From positions 930,001 to 962,000 of the forward strand of contig NC_010814.1 in assembly GCF_000020385.1 (NCBI RefSeq): a DNA stretch of 32,000 nt, read 5' to 3'. Positions 31,039-32,000 of this stretch are shown here, one piece after another. The notes below the pieces were generated by a model. That model was given only the letters and a program-made list of their open reading frames with translations. It was not told where the DNA came from and ran no database searches. Origin of the DNA: Trichlorobacter lovleyi SZ (GTDB lineage Bacteria; Desulfobacterota; Desulfuromonadia; Geobacterales; Pseudopelobacteraceae). Both the position numbers and the translations under genes were made by a program. Each line of letters starts with the position of its first letter. Position 1 is the stretch's first letter.

Positions 31039-32000
31039 TTACCGGGTCTTTCGTTTCGTGCCGTCGAGGGAGGTCAATTGATAGGAACAGAACGGGACGA
31101 TGCAGCCATCAGCCCGCGATACCGTCATGCTGCACTCCTTCAGCCGTTCAAGATCCATGCTGAAGGCGTCCATGTAGTTCATCACCACCACTGAAAGGCC
31201 GGACTGGCTACCGGGAAACAGCCTTTCCGCCAGATCGGGAAAGACCGAGCCCTGCGGGCTGGACGGGTCAAATTCGCGGTGATAGTCATCCGGGGTTATC
31301 CGACGGGTCAGGGGAACCAGCGTGCCCTTATCCTCAATGATATAGGTGGCTGAACTGCAGAGCGGGTGCGAGCAGCCCAGGGGCCAGAGGTCGTACGGTT
31401 CAAGCAGGCCGTTGCTCTGTCCGGCCAGCATGAAGGCCACATCCCCCATGGTCAGACGCCGGTCAGGGGAGATGTCGAAGCGGCCCGAGCCAAAGGCCGG
31501 CTGAAAGGCAACGCCGGCAACAACATCCCGGTTGTCCAGGGCAAAACGCAGCACGTCACCCATCTCAAGTTCATTCACCCCGCTGATCACGGTCATGGCC
31601 AGCACCATCTGGATGCCGGCGGCACGGCAGTTCTGTACGGCACGCAGCTTGGTCTCAAGCAGGTCGGCGCCCCGGATGGTCCGGTAGACTTGTTTGGTCA
31701 TGCCGTCAAACTGCATGTAGACACCGCTAACCCCTGCCGAAGCCAGCTTCCTGGCATAGTCCGGGCGCCGGGCCAGCACGACCCCGTTGGTGTTGACCTC
31801 TATGGCGGAAAATCCGATCCGGCGTCCCAGTTTGACAATCTCAGGCAGGTCGGCACGCATGGTCGGTTCACCACCGGTCAGCTGAATAGCGGTATCCGGA
31901 CCGGTTTGGGCAAGAATCGAGCGGTAGATCGCGGCCAGAGCGTCAAGGTCAGGTCCCGGCGCTGCCTTGGCCTGGATCTCTTCTGCCGACATGAAGCAGA
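31039..32000 (-). CDS. Radical SAM protein (COG1964-like), partial; N-terminus lies beyond the window end
   Basis: The frame stays open to the window edge, reading ...CF-MSAEE, which is consistent with the last Cys of a CxxxCxxC motif at 31996-31998. LTGGEPTMR, NTNG and a C-terminal region with GCSHPLCS and VPFCSYQ. Confidence 0.7.
   Translation of the reverse strand, partial: CFMSAEEIQAKAAPGPDLDALAAIYRSILAQTGPDTAIQLTGGEPTMRADLPEIVKLGRRIGFSAIEVNTNGVVLARRPDYARKLASAGVSGVYMQFDGMTKQVYRTIRGADLLETKLRAVQNCRAAGIQMVLAMTVISGVNELEMGDVLRFALDNRDVVAGVAFQPAFGSGRFDISPDRRLTMGDVAFMLAGQSNGLLEPYDLWPLGCSHPLCSSATYIIEDKGTLVPLTRRITPDDYHREFDPSSPQGSVFPDLAERLFPGSQSGLSVVVMNYMDAFSMDLERLKECSMTVSRADGCIVPFCSYQLTSLDGTKRKTR

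Noticed and set aside
1-32000. Search for tRNA, rRNA, CRISPR arrays or defence-system genes.
   Set aside because: No T-loop/cloverleaf candidates in the short intergenic regions, no regularly spaced direct repeats, and no nuclease/helicase/toxin-type ORFs were recognised.

Overview
GC-rich bacterial chromosomal window. The anaerobic Fe-S/Mo enzymes and repeated sigma-54 promoters suggest a Geobacter/Pelobacter-like (Desulfuromonadota) genome, but that is inference only. No rRNA, tRNA or CRISPR array was recognised.

Layout:
(i) 159-2824: a cytoplasmic Mo/W-bisPGD oxidoreductase plus a small ferredoxin-like subunit.
(ii) About 2900-3700: an AT-rich islet with a Cys-rich zinc-ribbon protein, a tiny Lys-rich ORF and a ~100-nt hairpin.
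(iii) 3781-9460: an HdrD/GlcF-like Fe-S protein, an arylamine N-acetyltransferase, and an MFS transporter gene split by a complete IS21-family element (6862-9285, 6-bp TSD).
(iv) 9556-10562: a moaE-like gene and mobA.
(v) Minus-strand block: small ORF, DAHP synthase, aldehyde dehydrogenase, a palindromic element, MOSC, mobB, an IS1595-family element with intact ends (14763-15823, perfect 23-bp IRs, 8-bp TSD), and a zinc-ribbon/2xCDGSH protein.
(vi) 16431-18137: a XylR/DmpR-type sigma-54 activator. Sigma-54 promoters on both sides of it carry the same TTGATAATCA motif at the same distance.
(vii) 18359-27149, the most interesting part: an ~8.7-kb sigma-54-driven operon of poorly characterised genes. 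It encodes two DUF2064-like paralogs, a DUF169-ferredoxin fusion, a GNAT, a PhnP-like MBL hydrolase, a flavin-reductase-like protein, and two paralogous small proteins. It also encodes a 1039-aa fusion of a radical SAM domain, an ArsM-like methyltransferase and a Cys-rich domain.
(viii) 27161-32000: a convergent minus-strand array of radical SAM (partial), Mo oxidoreductase, LysE exporter, moaC and moaB.

The sigma-54 operon, embedded in Moco-biosynthesis genes, is my candidate for an undescribed organometalloid or cofactor-modification system. All family assignments come from motif recognition by eye; no database search was possible.
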